Assembly (NCBI GenBank): GCA_030141605.1
Contig: JAQGDQ010000090.1
Span: 496,001 to 560,000 of the forward strand
Direction of reading: 5' to 3'
DNA: 64,000 bases
DNA from: Tubiluchus corallicola
Lineage: Eukaryota; Animalia; Priapulida
Shown: one piece after another, positions 26,901 to 41,800 of the stretch
Layout of the letters: each line of letters opens with the position of its first letter
How positions within the stretch are numbered: the first letter of the stretch is position 1
Translations under genes and position numbers: made by a program
The notes under the pieces: model-generated
Told to the model about the DNA's origin: nothing
The model's input: only the letters and a program-made list of their open reading frames with translations
Database searches by the model: none

Positions 26901-29900
26901 TTAATGCAATTCAGTAGTTTGTTTAATTTCAATCAAAGTTAGCTTCTGAACGTAAGTGGTGCTGGCATAGCAGTGTTTGTTTTTTGCTGGATTATTGCAT
27001 TACTGGATTACTGGATTCTTTTATTTTAGAATTCTGCCTGCCCAGTTTTTATAATAGAACTAGCAGGCATTTGATGACGACGAAAGTTAGCTTTAATTGT
27101 GTTAATAGTGTTACGGGGGCGAAATGCCATTTATTTTCGACCCTCCCCCCTCTACTTTGTGATGGTTCGATTTATTACGAAGCCACTGCATATCAACACT
27201 GCATACCAGCTATAAGTAGCTGGTACAGAATGGCCTCGCCGGCTCAGTCGGCAGACGGACAGGTGCGTTTACCACCTAAGCACCTGTTCCGTACTCATGA
27301 CCAGCATGGGGAACGCTAGAAAAAATTCTGGCTAATTTTTACCTTAATTTTCTGTTTGAATGTTTATATTTCTTGTCTCTTTTCTCATCTACAATATTTG
27401 TCTGTAACATGGTTTGACTGATCCAGATTTGAACCCAGGACTTCCGCTTTGCTACCATAAGCATCAAGCTCCTTGGACAGCCTTGAGCTTTTGTGTAATA
27501 ATATTTCTCTTATTTTTATTTATTATTTTATGCGACACACGTAACATGTGCGTACAGTTTACCCGTCAGGCTGAATAAGAGGGAACATTTTACATGCAAG
27601 AGCATTTTAGACAGTAATGTAAACTTTTCTCCTGAAATTAGACATCAGTTGCGAAGTTTGTTGTATCGTGAATTGTTATTGTCATGTGACATACCTTATT
27701 GTATTTTTTGTTTTAGTTTATGATGATTATATGAACTTTATAAACCTTAAAATAAAATATTAAATCAAATTAATCAAATAGATAAAATTTTGATAACGAT
27801 AATAATAATAATGCAATTACAATACATATTGACATGTACTGTAAAATGAGCTTTAGAAGAGTTTTCCGTGAATGAGTGGGTGAGATTGGTCAGTCAGTCA
27901 ATTATTCTGTTATCTGTGCATAAGCTGTTTTAGTACTATAATAATTTCAGTTAATTAATAGTATTTATTGCATGCGTCCACATAGTCCGATACGTTGGTA
28001 GTAAATGAGTAATGGAGTCAGATCATCAAGAATTAGACTTTTGCAACAAATGGCGCGGTAACGGAAATCTTTTATCGTGATTTTATTGCTACGCAAGCGC
28101 AAGTTGGAGAAATAAAGCGATTCGAATGACGTTGGTAAAAAAGTTATTACACTATAATTACAGTGCGTGTGCTTAAAGTGCATTTAAAGTTGTCTTAATG
28201 GAAAAAGCTAGTTGGCTTGGCTGAAAAAAATTAGCACAAGTTCGTCATCTTGTTTGTAGTTAAAATATAAACGATTTTTGCTTTAGTATTGTTTTGTTTC
28301 AGTTTTCAAAATGCTTATCTTCTAACTGTCATATAAATACTATTTTCCTTGGTTGTTTGCGTTTTATACAACCTTCTTTGCAACAAAAAATGATAATGAT
28401 GATGATGACGACGACGACGATGTTGATGATGATGATGATGATGATGACGACGACGACGGCGACGACGATGATGATAATTAATAGCAGCTATAGCAGCAGA
28501 AGTACCTTAGTTTATTTATTTTGCTAAAACATTTTCATTTTGCAAATGGAAGTTAGCCAAAATTTAATTAGTTAATAGTATCAAATATCACCTCATGTAT
28601 TTTGCTTTTCGACAGGTTTTGAAATCTTATTGCTAAAACTCAAGTTTAAAAGGAAGCCAGAATTATTTTTCGTATACTGCTTTATTTTGAGGTACGGTAA
28701 AAGTACACATTTTAACACAGCGCCTATTTTTTATGCAACGCGTTCCCCAGATGCAGGCAGCGGAAAATCCACCGCGCGAACGCCAAATTTACGGTAATAA
28801 TACTTTCACTCAAGTCATTCTTAAAAAGCATATTCTCTTTCAATATATCATACGTTAGATTATTTTGAGTTTTAGTTTAAAATTGGGTCCCTATCGCCTT
28901 TAACTTGGTTGTACTCTGCAGGCGTAAACCTGTATTATAGCTTTTTATCCAGATTAATAATGAGTTGACCAAGTCAACTGTACATGTAACAGTTAATAAA
29001 CTAATGACATTAGTCATATCCAATCCGACTCTAAACAGTTCATTTCGCAGAGACCTCACCTCATCTGAGCATCCTGTGCTGAGAGCATGCGCATTTGCGC
29101 CAAGTAGGGCGGTTCGGTTGTTGTATAAATAAATGGCTTCTTTAAGTATCAGTGCCTTTATTTTTCCGGCAAGCAGAGTGGTAATTTCATTTGAAAAGAC
29201 ATGTTTGGCTTTAAATTCTATTTCTGCGTGGATCAAAAGTTTTAATAAACTGTATTTCTCGGAACGAATCACGTTTTCTCGATCCGCCGCTGACTGCAGC
29301 GCGTGCGGATCGATTCCGGTTAGAGATTTTCCCTCTAAAGCGTGAATCGCTGTCGTTATTTGTAGTTGTTGCCGCTAGTGTGTAATTTAGCTGCATCTCT
29401 TCTCTTGTTGGAGTGATCGATCTCTGTTACCTGAGTGCAAAACGACGGCCACCAAAATTACGTGGATTCCGTGCGTGGGCCGCGTCCGGCCGGAAGACTC
29501 CGTGCCGCCGGCCGCTTCGAGGTGTGACGAGGAGGTTGAGGTGGAGGTGCCAGAGAGTTTAACGTAAGTCGTAGGTTAAAGCTGTCTCGAATTCGCTTAA
29601 TTGTGTGTCATAAATTGTGCTGAAAAGTAATGGCGTAATATTCTGTTCCTTTATTTAACAATTATAACACTATTTATATTGATTTGTTATTGGCAATACT
29701 GGCAATTTATGTTGCCTGAAGGTGCGCAGTTTTTCCATCCGAACGTGACTAAAACTACTTGCCCTGCTCAGGTTCTTATTTTATCGATTATCCTTGTTAC
29801 TTGATAAGGAGTAGGTCTATATGTTCCGTTAACACCACATGTATATAATCATACCTGTAGTACGATCTTGCCGTTGGCTTTGACTTGGAGTATGTCAGTT

Positions 29901-32900
29901 TTACGTAAACTAAAATCCAGCATTCAACGATAAGGTTTATGTGGTGTGTATGGCTGGACCGGAATCTGGCTCATTATCAAGGCTCATCCTTTAACACGAG
30001 ACACTGGAACCGACAAAGGTCACCTACCCACCTTCAGGGGTAAATACATGCACCCGCAACGAGAGATATAGCTAGAAGCAGGCGAATTAAACAGCCCAGA
30101 GTGAGTATTGAACCGGCAAGTCACCCATCTATTACTGATCTGCTCTGAATTGCTTAACTTCGTCCTCTAAGCACGCACTGTGAATACTCGGTTATCACCC
30201 ATTCAATAATAATAGTGATAATAATTTGGCGATGCTCTCCGTTCGATTGGGGATCAGGGCTTACATTGTGGCGAACTGCGTAAAATAATTAGAGACACTC
30301 TTCATTTTTTTAATTGGTTTTACTGACACATCTGCAATTTAGTGCTCAGGTTCAGAGAAAGGTCGTCAAAAATTTTACTGTTGAAATATGCAAAATGTTG
30401 TAAATTAAAAGAAAGGACAAGTCAATTAGCAGTTATCATGTTGGGTTTATTTTACTTATCTCTTAGACTTATAGAAAATATATCAAAGAAATTCGCAAAA
30501 ACTGTCTATAAAGGATGAAGTTAATTTATACTACCGCCAGAGCCGGATTAAGGTGTGTTTGTGTCCTAAGCACGCCCAACACCTGATGCGCCGGTTCTCT
30601 CCTTTGCCCCCATGATACCGCGGACACGTTTTGCAGTTCAAAGCATACGTATTATGTGATAAAAATTGCGCGACATTATATATAAAACAAGCTCCATTGC
30701 TCTGTAGACCTAAGGGATTTATGCCAATCAAATGAAATTATAATTAAGTAAATCAAGTTTAAAAAATGATACCTGCCAACAGCAAAAAATTAATCATTCT
30801 CTTGTAGCCCCCTACTTCACACTTTGAACTGTGTAAGACTTTCACGACCTTCGTTAACGTACTTTATTAAAATTTTATCTGTTTTCAATTTATTTTTGCC
30901 AGCTTCCTGGTTCCTCTGAGCCTTGGTGCCCTAACGTGTTTAGTCTGCTTATGCGTTAACCAGCCCAGACTACCGCCGTACAAAACTTTTCAGACACTGT
31001 GGTTTCCGCCTTTCGCTTGAAAATTATGACGTAACGGTCGGCCTTCGTGACTTTTTGTAAGCACATCGTCCCTTTCCGCAAGCGCGCGCTACTTAAACTA
31101 ATTCAAACCTTTGCAGCTAACCCCAAATATCTAATACAAAATGCAAAAATACCACAATTAGCTATCTAATTTTTTGTAAAAACTTATGACGGAAATTGAC
31201 AGTGCGCTGTTTTTCTTTAGTCAATGAACGAAGAATGGGCTTTCAAAATGGGAGCACCCAAGCATGAAATGATCTCGACGTTAAGTGATTTTTCTGCACT
31301 TTAATGACAGGAGGCGCTTATCACACTTTTATTACTAAATCCTTCTAACGTTTTTTGTGAACAATGAAGTAAGCATAGCTTGCCAGAAGTTTGTCTTTTC
31401 CTTTAAAAAGTAGATGTACTGAGAGCTAAATTTAAGTTTTCCCTTACTTGAAATCTATTTCTATTCCTTTACTTATTTACTTGAAATCTAGTTTCCAGGT
31501 TCTTTATTAATGATGCAATAAACCCATGTGTTTGGAATTTTCTAACCAATTTTACCCGAAAGTGAGAAAATCTGAAAAATCCTGACTGAAACTGGAGTTG
31601 AACTAGGGCTTTTCGATTATAAGTCCATCAGTCTGACCACTACGTTATTTAGGCTAGTAAATGTGATAATTCTTAATTTGCAGCTCACCAGCCAGTTTAG
31701 TTTGGTTTCAAAATTAAAATGTAGGTTTATTCCAGCTTTAAAAAACGTATGTCTTCGAGTTGAAGACGGTGCCATTATTTTGTGCATTGAACCGCTTGTT
31801 TTGAGTTTAAGAAAGACTTTTAAACTAATAAATTTTATTACAAATGTGTATAAACGGGCATATCACGGATCAGCTAAACGGATGGATGGATGGATGGATG
31901 GACGGACGGACGGACGGACGAATGCATGGTTAGATAGCTAAAATCTTACGCACACAAAGTAAAAGTACATTGCACATAAGAACTTTATACTTGCGTGAAA
32001 AGAAATGTATGTTGCGTCTTACGTAATATATTTGTGATATTACACGTTCATATTGCTTTAAATTTCACTGACCAATTTGACTAATAGAAAGAACGTTTGT
32101 CCGGCACCGGGGATTTCTCTATTTAAAATCAAATTCACTGAGCTGAAATCAAAGGCCTGTAAAGTGCCTACAGTACCAATTCTTTGAATATAATGATACT
32201 ATGGAATTTTGCATAATCATGGTAGCGGGCTGAAAAAGTGAAAATACAGTTTGACTCTGAAAAAATTCTTTCTAAAGGTTTTATGGTATCAGCATGTGTG
32301 TTAAATAACATATAGTAAAAGTTTACCACAATCACACCACTGGAAAGGTCTGATTTTCAATATAACGTCAAGGATTGCCGTCGAATCATGAAAGTGCTCA
32401 TTACTACTTCATCATACGTCCTACGAAAATAATTTTTACGCTTAATCTCATGTTTCGGGTATCGAGGAATCCAATTTACATATTTAAATTATAGTAAAGT
32501 GGTTACAAAAATCTAAGATGGCAGATCAGTATGGCCAGTTTAACTGAAGTTATTTCACAATTTTCTACTTACTTCACCATAATTTAAATATGCAAATTTG
32601 ATTCATCTGTCCCCAAAACATGGGTTAGTCACCAAACTTACTTACCTAGGAGGAATAATGAAGAATAATGAGCATTTTCACGATTTAATGACCGTCTTTG
32701 AAGTAATATTGAGGGTCTTTCCAGTGGTCAACATTTGATATGTTATTTTAAACTCACATGATACAATAAAAAACAACTTTTGTATGAATTTTGCCTGCAA
32801 AGACTATTATTTTTCATATATGCGGCCGTCTATGACGCCACGTATTATTTTGAATTACGATTGGGAAAATCCCAGCTTTAGGTTAAATTTCAAAACTGGA

Positions 32901-35900
32901 AATGAATACTAGAAATATTTTCGACAGCAATCATAGCATTCTTGGGTTTTCAGTTTGTTCAAATTTAGACTTTAGAGAATGTTAGACACAAAAGTCGTTT
33001 GAGTAGGGAATAATTTCCATGCAGTAATTACTACTAATTAACTTTTTTAATACTGCAAGTAAATTGAGAATTTTTTGGGGACATTTCGTATTAGTTATGA
33101 AACAGTTAGGTTGGTACTGTATAGTGACTTGAGATTCATTTTCCAAACTTTCAACCATTGCTCGTGGACTGAATTTTCTCAGAACTCTTGTTGTATTTAA
33201 GATTAGATCAAAGACGCCGCCTTGTACGGAACTTCGCGTTGTTCTTTTTTGAGTGAACCGAATTTTCTTTATAAAGACATAAAACGTTCCTGCTACTCGA
33301 GGTTTTGCTCTCAATAATTTACAGTAGGAACTCAAAAGCTCTTGGGAGAATCCGCCTACAACAGCGTTGTGACGTCATTGAGTGTACTTTGGTTGGTATG
33401 TTTCTCGGCGTCCCTACGGAACTTGTGCGTGATTTCGTCAGCAAACGTTTCGATACTCTTAATATTGACTTATTACGTTGCAGTCTATTTGTAAATTAAT
33501 GAATGGTGAAACGTCATATATTATTGTTGTTGACTGGCAATTCAAAGGCACTAGAACGAAGTTCTGAACAGAACTGAACTGAATAGTCGAATCTGATTAA
33601 CTAATTATTTAACCAATTAATTTGGTGGTGTTTGTCTGCGTCAGCAATTGATACATTTCTTCCATCTAGATGGAAGTACTAGTTCTTATGGTTGGTAAGA
33701 AGGTGGAGAACAGTTAAAAATAAATTACTCGTCCGACGCTCGAACTCAGGACTCTTGTAACACAACCCATCTGTGTTTTTGCAATGATGTTTTGTGTGGC
33801 AAAATGGCAGTGCTTAAATGCCACCAAATGCACATAAATTTACCAGTTGAAAGCTTCATAGTTGTAAGAATTAAGTCGCCAATGGGTATTTTGTAGTATC
33901 TCTACTTAATCATATGCAGCAATTAATATATCATCAAATTAACAATAATTTTTATTGTGTTAAGATGTTTGTGTATTTTGACGTCGTTTTCACATCAGTA
34001 CTATACGCCCTACGCATATCCGTTTAAAATTACGCTGTAAGCTTTAACCATACGGGATAGGTCAAAGGCATGCTGGTTACAATTTATTATTTCATCACAT
34101 TTTAAGTATGGCATAAGATGACAGGACAGTTTTCTTCCTTGTAGAAGCCTCGCTGGTGTTCCCGGAGGTTCTGCGATGGCCCCTAGTGTTCACCAACGCT
34201 CATCAACGATAAATTAAAAATCTATGGTACCTCTAAAGCGGCAAAAACGTTTTATACCCAACATTACAGATGCGTAACTAAAGAAAAACTGAACATATTC
34301 TTTTACAGACACTTTTAATTACCTTTTTATACACATAAATAAGTAATTATCGTATAGCCTGTGAATTTGAAATAGCTCAAGTTTTTCATTAAATTCTATT
34401 TGTGCTGTTTTATGACAATGTTATAATAATTTTATTAGTTTGTTACGATCCTAAATTTCTAACGGCTGATGATCCAATTAAGCTTTTCTTGTCTTCGTAA
34501 AACTGTTGATATTATTTGGAATAAGCTGTATGTCACCAGTCAGAGTGGAGCAGTTTGTTTGAGCAATGCTTTATTGATGTACTTTATTTCGGAAAAACGT
34601 GTCTTCAAAAGCTGTAAGCTAAAATAAAATGAAATTTACATGATCTACAGACAGACATAAAATAGTAAATTTCAAAACTTATAATTATCGAATTAAGTTA
34701 AAACCGCGCAGCAATAACCTTCCATTGATAAGAAGCTAGCCTAAGCTTGATCTCCTCTAATGCCTGGAAGTATTTATATATACAAGCATGACAGACAAGA
34801 GATGAGCAGGCAACCAAGTAGGCAGGTAGGTAGGCGAACAGGCAGGCAGCTAAGCAGACAGGCTGCAGTTAGGTATGTAAGTAGGATGTAGGTAATCAGG
34901 TAAATAAATATGTAGCGGGCAAACGTGTAGAATTGTACATGTGTCCACATGCAAAAACAACGAAATCGTAAACGCTGTAATTTATCTTTCGAGATTCATT
35001 TCAGACCCGACGTTAAATAGTTATGCGTGCGTGCATGCGTGCGTATATAAGCATAATACGATTTCTTTTAAGCTATCATCTTCAAAATCAAAAAGGGAAA
35101 ACCTTAAGGCGGAAGAAAAGGGAATATCGTAAAAAACACATTTTTAGAGTATATCCTAAAAAAACTTTAGAACAAAGTTATATTACTAAGCATTACATTT
35201 ACATGTTTGAAAGACTTGTAAATGTAACGTTGTACATTGGAAAAGAAAATTCTTAAAAATTTAGCATGTTTGGGCCAATTGGAAAACCATCCTGATTAGC
35301 ACCGCTGACTCACCAAAACACATTATTGTTTTTATCGACAATATAAAGTCAACTATACTTTTGCTTCAATAATTATTTAAATATTGCAATCCTACATGCA
35401 TAGTTACAATAGAAATTTCCGACAACATTATTCTGCATGTAGCCGAAACTTATACTAAACCGTTTAAGTAGTAACTGTTTTCCACAACCTCTATATGCTG
35501 AAATGAAATGACACTATAAGCAATTATACATGCAATTAAATATAATTTCAACACCAGAAAAACAAAACAAGATCACATGCAACAACAGCAACAGTGACAG
35601 TGCACAACAGCACCAACAACGACAACGGCAACAATAGCAACAGCAACACCAAAAACAACCAACAACGGCAACGGCAGCAACAGCAATGTTGACATCAACT
35701 ACAACAACAATAACAGCAGCAGCAGCAACAACAAAAGAACATGAACAACAACAGGAACACGAACAGTAACAGCAGCAACGACAACAGCACTGAACAACTT
35801 ATACCCTGTCCCTCCCAGCGTGATTACGCTGATGTGCATGTAACAAATTTCAGTCGTTGTACACGGTGATGCTGTGAAAATTGGGATAATTAGTTAGCCT

Positions 35901-38835
35901 TGTATAAGAAGCCAGACCCTCGCATCATTGATCTTGTTGACTGCTTTCATTCATCACGACCGAGCATTACGAGAGGCTTATTACTTCATACAGTTAGGAG
36001 GGCGTGCCTAGCGCCGCAGCTGCGCCCTCTACGCTGAACAGGGAGCTCGCAATTAAAGGCATGCATACAGAAGATTTGTTTAATTAAATTACAATTTATG
36101 GGCTATAAGTTTCTTATCGTGCATGAACTTCACTTGCAACAGGTTTGATGAAGAAGCCATGTCGTGGAACTGCCTAGGTCTAGATATATGATGAGCATCA
36201 TCCTTAAATTAATTCTGCAATGTGGCTTAATTCTTTATCCTGGACAGCATGCACAAGTCAGCGTTATTCCCGCTTTTAGGAATAATGGTGGTAGGTCTGT
36301 GTAGGCACTTTGTTTTTCTTAATATGAACGAAGAATGTATTGCTTATATATATATTGTATAATTGTTTTAAATTTCTTTGTGATTGCAAAAAAGACCAAA
36401 AAAGTTTAACCCAAAATTTGTGTGTATCTTAAACTAAATCTCAGTCATTTCGCGAAAGAGCTGGTGACACTCCTGTACGATTACGTCTCGTATGATACAG
36501 TAAGGAATTTAACCTAATAAAATACTGGAAAATGGTATGTTATAACCAAATTATGGTAATTACTATATTTTCTAAATTATGGTAATTGCTTTCAATGATT
36601 TACAAACTTTTGATTGGGCTGACGGCATTTCTAAAAAAGAACGGTAAGTTTAAGATTATTTCGGTGAGTAATGTTAGTGCATGTAAATATGCACGATACG
36701 ATATGACTTCTAACGATACAAGATACAAGATTCAACCAAGACAGTTAAAATAATAGAAACTAAAATATTGTGAGAACGTGAATACGTGCACGCAATATAA
36801 GATCTAAAGTACTCCATTTTATAATCGAAATTATTAAACACGAAAATAATCAAACTTTAGTTTTTATAATACCTTATTACTACCTGTCTGGCAGAAAGTA
36901 TCTGGTGGCAGCAATAAACGTTATAAGAAAAAGTTTTTATTTTGCGTACGTTTTTAGTACTATTTTGTTTGTCATGGTGACATAGAGGCAAGTTTGTTTT
37001 GGCTTCTCCTAGTAACTCGAATGGATTGGTTTTGATAATTCGTGTAAACAGCCCTATTCCCATGATTTTGTTAAAATTTGCTGTGTAGGGCTGTGATTTG
37101 AGCAGACTCTCGTGAGTACCTAAAGACCAATAAATCCGAGTTCTTTACGACTGTTGCATGCTCGCAAGCTATTATGGCAAACCGTCAACTAGCCACCATG
37201 TGACGTAAATAGCACCAATTTGACGTCACGCTTTAAAATAGCGCTCTCGTGTGAGATAAATTACAATTAAGTGCTAGTGTGATTGATCCCCGTTGAATAA
37301 TATGTATCTATGCCATTCTGAATTTGAAAGATGCTTACACTTTTCAGTGTCGCCAATACTTCGTGCATCTGTGCTAATTTCGTGCAATTTTGTAACTTCA
37401 ATAGAGCAGATTTCAGTACATACAAGCAATTTTTTATATGTTAGAGAATAAGAGAATCGGTAAACAGACTAAATCACTGTCATAGGAATAGCTAAAAAAG
37501 TATAGTGCAGTAAAGCAATAAAATGCCGTGGAGTGTTTTAAACATGTTATTTCATAATGTATTATTTGCTATTCATCATCACAGTTAAAATGTAGAGGAA
37601 CAAATATATAGATGATCAGAATCAACAATAGTCACATGTCTAAACGTTGTAAAGCAGTTTTTAAATCTAGCTTTTGAAACGTTATTTGTTGATAAACCTC
37701 AACATAGATGACAGGTTCTCACAGCCCAATTTCTACCTCAGTGAATTCTGATTTTGAATCAATTTCACGTCAGATTTGTAGAGAGAAAATAAAAAATGCA
37801 ATATTGACATCGTGTCAAAGTGAACTGCGGCAATTCATCTCTTCACCGAATAGTACTCTGGATCCGAGTAAAAGGCCACCCAGAATAATCATAATTTACT
37901 TGTTTGTGTTAATTCAGTTTAAGTTCAGTGCGGTTTTGTTAATGTTTAATTAATCACAGAAAAAATGGGGTGGCTAAGGAATAAGGAAAAATCATCTTCT
38001 ATTGTTGTTGCACATTCAGGAACGAGTCAGATGTGGGAATTGAAGTATTCTTCGTGAGATTCGTTACAATAACACCACAGTAGAGACTCTACTGTGATTG
38101 TTATTATCATCATCATCGTCGTCATCACTATAATCATTGTCAACATCATCGTCATCCTTCATCATCACTATCATTTTTTGTTGCTGCAATGTTGCATAAA
38201 ACGCACACAAAAAACGTTACATTTAGTAAACAAAAAACAATATTGTCGTACTGAGGTAAAAAGTTGTTATACTTCAAAAAACAACACATTTTTACAACCA
38301 TCTTCAGTGTCATCATCATCACCAATAGCATCGTCTCATCATATTGCCAACAGAATCACAAGTGTCGTTATTCTTGTCATTATCATTATCATCATCGCTA
38401 GCACCACTGCTATTGCCGTTATTACCGTCACCGCTTTTGAGCGTTTCAGTTTATTGGTTAGAACTTAAAACAACATTAACAATTGCTTTCAAGTATGTAC
38501 ATGTTTGAAGAACACCTGTACGCTTTTCTTACTTATTCCAAGTGCCTAAATTTTGTTTATGTTCATTGTGTAATATGCCTACTAATCTTATAACCTGTGT
38601 TTTATCTTAGCTATCTGCCTTGAAGTTTTTAATTATGATTATTGATTTATTTTAGAGTTCTATCTTAAACGCTTTTATCTGAGTCTTAAAACACACATAA
38701 CCTTATAATGAATGTTTTAAACCAATATTATAATTGCGTTTTTATTGTGATATGTGTCACTTTTATTTATTGTAAATGTCGTTGTATTTTATGAATCTTA
38801 CTTTTTCACAATTTAAATGGTTCTAATTGACTGAA

Positions 38836-38866
<31 letters not shown>

Positions 38867-41800
38867 CAATGCTCAGGAAATCTGGACAAACCAAATTAGT
38901 ATTTAAAAAGTAGCACTTCTTACTAAAGGTGTTAATGTGCCAATTGCATTTCACCGCAGCCTCCGTACACTTCACACTGATCACTCATTACACACTCAGA
39001 TTAGTAGCGACAGTGGTTGTAGTTGATGTTTGAATTCTCTCGTTTCACAGACGTCTGAAATGTTCGTTGAAGCTTCTGACTGATGTGGAATGCATTGGCA
39101 TTCGTTATTACAGGCACTTAAGACCATTTAAAAAAGACCATGGTCGTGGGGGCTCATGTTATTTTACTGAAAAAACTCCTGGTGGATGTACATTGTACAT
39201 TGCATAAAACGTCTCGTGTGTGTAAGCCATACAGTGCGAATATGCAAACCCTGGAGATTAAGCAGTTTTGCACAGTGCGTGGTTGCATTTGTAAATTATT
39301 TACTGTGGCTTTGCTGTTTAGTCATTAATAATTTACTCTGAAACGTCTTACAAAACGATTAATCTTCTATTGGCTGCAGATGTCAGTGGCTGTGGAGAAG
39401 TAGGACCTGTTGATGCGAACTTTGTGCTCTAGAAAACCGAATTTCTTGCATGCCAAAAGTTTCCTTATCTTATCTTATTATCTTAGATTAGGTCAAATTA
39501 AGAACGCACGTAAATGTGACGAACAATAATAACAATATAATGTCACGACTCTCTATTAACTTGCGTATTCTGAGAGCAATACCTTATAGATGAGAAATAA
39601 AGTACCGGACAACTTAAATACTAATTTTCGGCAGTAAACTCTTTTTTCTAGTTACATGCTGGCGAAGAAATGACGCACTTCTATAATCATGCCAATTTAT
39701 TGTATCAGTTGTGCAGGATACCTATTTATAACCACAGTAATTATGTCAATTATATTGACTGGCAAATTATTAGTCTTATGTAAACAGCTCCACTGACAAA
39801 CAACTTTGTTTATTTTCTCACATGAGGTGTCTCAGGTGTGAGAGCATGACGCATGGCCCTCGTAATAATTAGGTGTGTACATTGCTGTGGTACTCTACAG
39901 GTAGATAAGCTTCTGTGGCTTAGATAACCCTAAAAAAGTTTTTTTAGTTATTCACACTTCATTTCATAGTAAATCTTGAACAGTTAGGCTTAATACCAAT
40001 GTTGCTTGGCTGTGTATTAGTTGAAACTTAAGATAGCCACAACTAGTTACGTGCTATTAATTCAACTATAATTTATATACGCAATAAGTTACATTATAGT
40101 TGTAATATAACTATATTTTTCTATTTGTTTATTTAAGACATATGCAAAAAGTATTAATTTAGAAAAGATGGGGCCAGTAGGCTTTAATATACACAACTAG
40201 TTATGTGTTATTAATTCAACTATAATTCATATACGCAATAAGTTGCATTATAGTTGTAATTTAACTATATTTTTTCTATTTATTTATTTCAGACATATGT
40301 AAAAAATATTAATTTATAAAAGATGGGGCCAGTAGGCTTGTAGCGCTTACGCTAGTCCAGTCTTAACTTTAACATATTTTTCAAAAACACATTTAAATAC
40401 AATATAACACGTGTTATAATACAATACGTATACATTAATATATAATAACGTATATAATACAATACGTATACAATAACATACGTGTTTAAATACAATATAA
40501 CACATACAATATTACACGTGTTTAATATATACAACAAGAATAACTTTAAATACATAGAAACGCAAGGTACGTAGTAGGTACAAGGGATATGTTTACACAA
40601 TTTTGTCTGAAAATAATTTCGGGAGAGAGCCTGAACTACATGAAATAATTAAAATTACAGTACAACAGGAGAAAAGCTTTTGATAACTGAAAACTAAAAG
40701 ACAGCATGTTCTGCGCGTTTGTAGCTTTGTAATCGAGATCATTCCAGATATTAACAATTTTAATTGTTAATATGTTAAAACATTTAATCTTGTTGGTAAA
40801 GTTGGTAAAAAGTTTAAATCCTCTTGAAGCAAATTTAAAAAGTCAACCAGTTCAAAAATCAAGTCAACCAATTTATGGCAAATTTCAAACGCTATGTTCA
40901 TATCGAGCAGCATACGTCAGACCAGTTGTAACTGAAGTGCTTATGGTTTGTCCAGATATGACACATAGTATAATTATAGTTCAGTTATAACTATAGTTAT
41001 AGTGTATACTACAGATATGACTTACACATCAGATATTACATAACTGATCAAGACTCAAGCTCAGTCAAAATGTTCTAAATTTAATGTGAACATTTTAGAC
41101 GAAAAAATGCCAAATTTTCTTGCATGAGCTGGTTACCATACAGATTTCAGCATTAAAGCTGAGAAGTATTAAAGTAGACGTGTTTCAATTCTTAAAGATT
41201 TATTCTCCATAATAAATTACATGTTTTTCTACTACAACAAATCAGTTTTTACAATTAACAAAAATTTACCCGGCATTTTTTATTGTCTTGGCGTGTATCG
41301 TGTCAGATTAAATATCTCGATGACCATAGAACTATTTTAGCACATTCACAAAAGCACGGAGGAGAGAATTTTAAAAGTTTACTCGTGTACATGGCAGATA
41401 TTCCATAAATTTATAAATTCTATCGAAATTGTGCATTAGATTAGGGAGTTTACAATTTTCAACTTTACATAATTTTCATGCCAGTTCATTTGTTTTAAAC
41501 CCCAGAATAAAATGTTCCTCATCCTCTATAAATTCATATGGTTAACAAAATTCACATATTTGCTCCTCTCTAGGGTTTCGTTGTCTTCGGCCCTTTCATT
41601 AGCTAAATCATGAGAACTTAAATGCAATCGTATATTATTCTATAGGTTTTGGTAAACAATTTTCTATCGTCATAAATCCAGAAGTAAAATCTGGGTTTAT
41701 GCTCAAAAATACTGGTATTTCGACCTTCCTTCTGTTACTGCTACATGTACTGTGTCCGGTTTATTAAGTCAACCTTAAGTTATCCATCGTTTTCCTATTT

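Noticed and set aside
28877-29396. ORFs 28877..29272 (-), 29133..29345 (+) and 29211..29396 (-)
   Set aside because: No recognisable domains. They overlap the candidate promoter, and the ATG at 29133 lies upstream of the predicted TSS.
30120-31648. 5S rRNA or tRNA genes
   Set aside because: Only short, decayed internal-promoter-like pieces are present; no full-length 5S sequence or tRNA cloverleaf.
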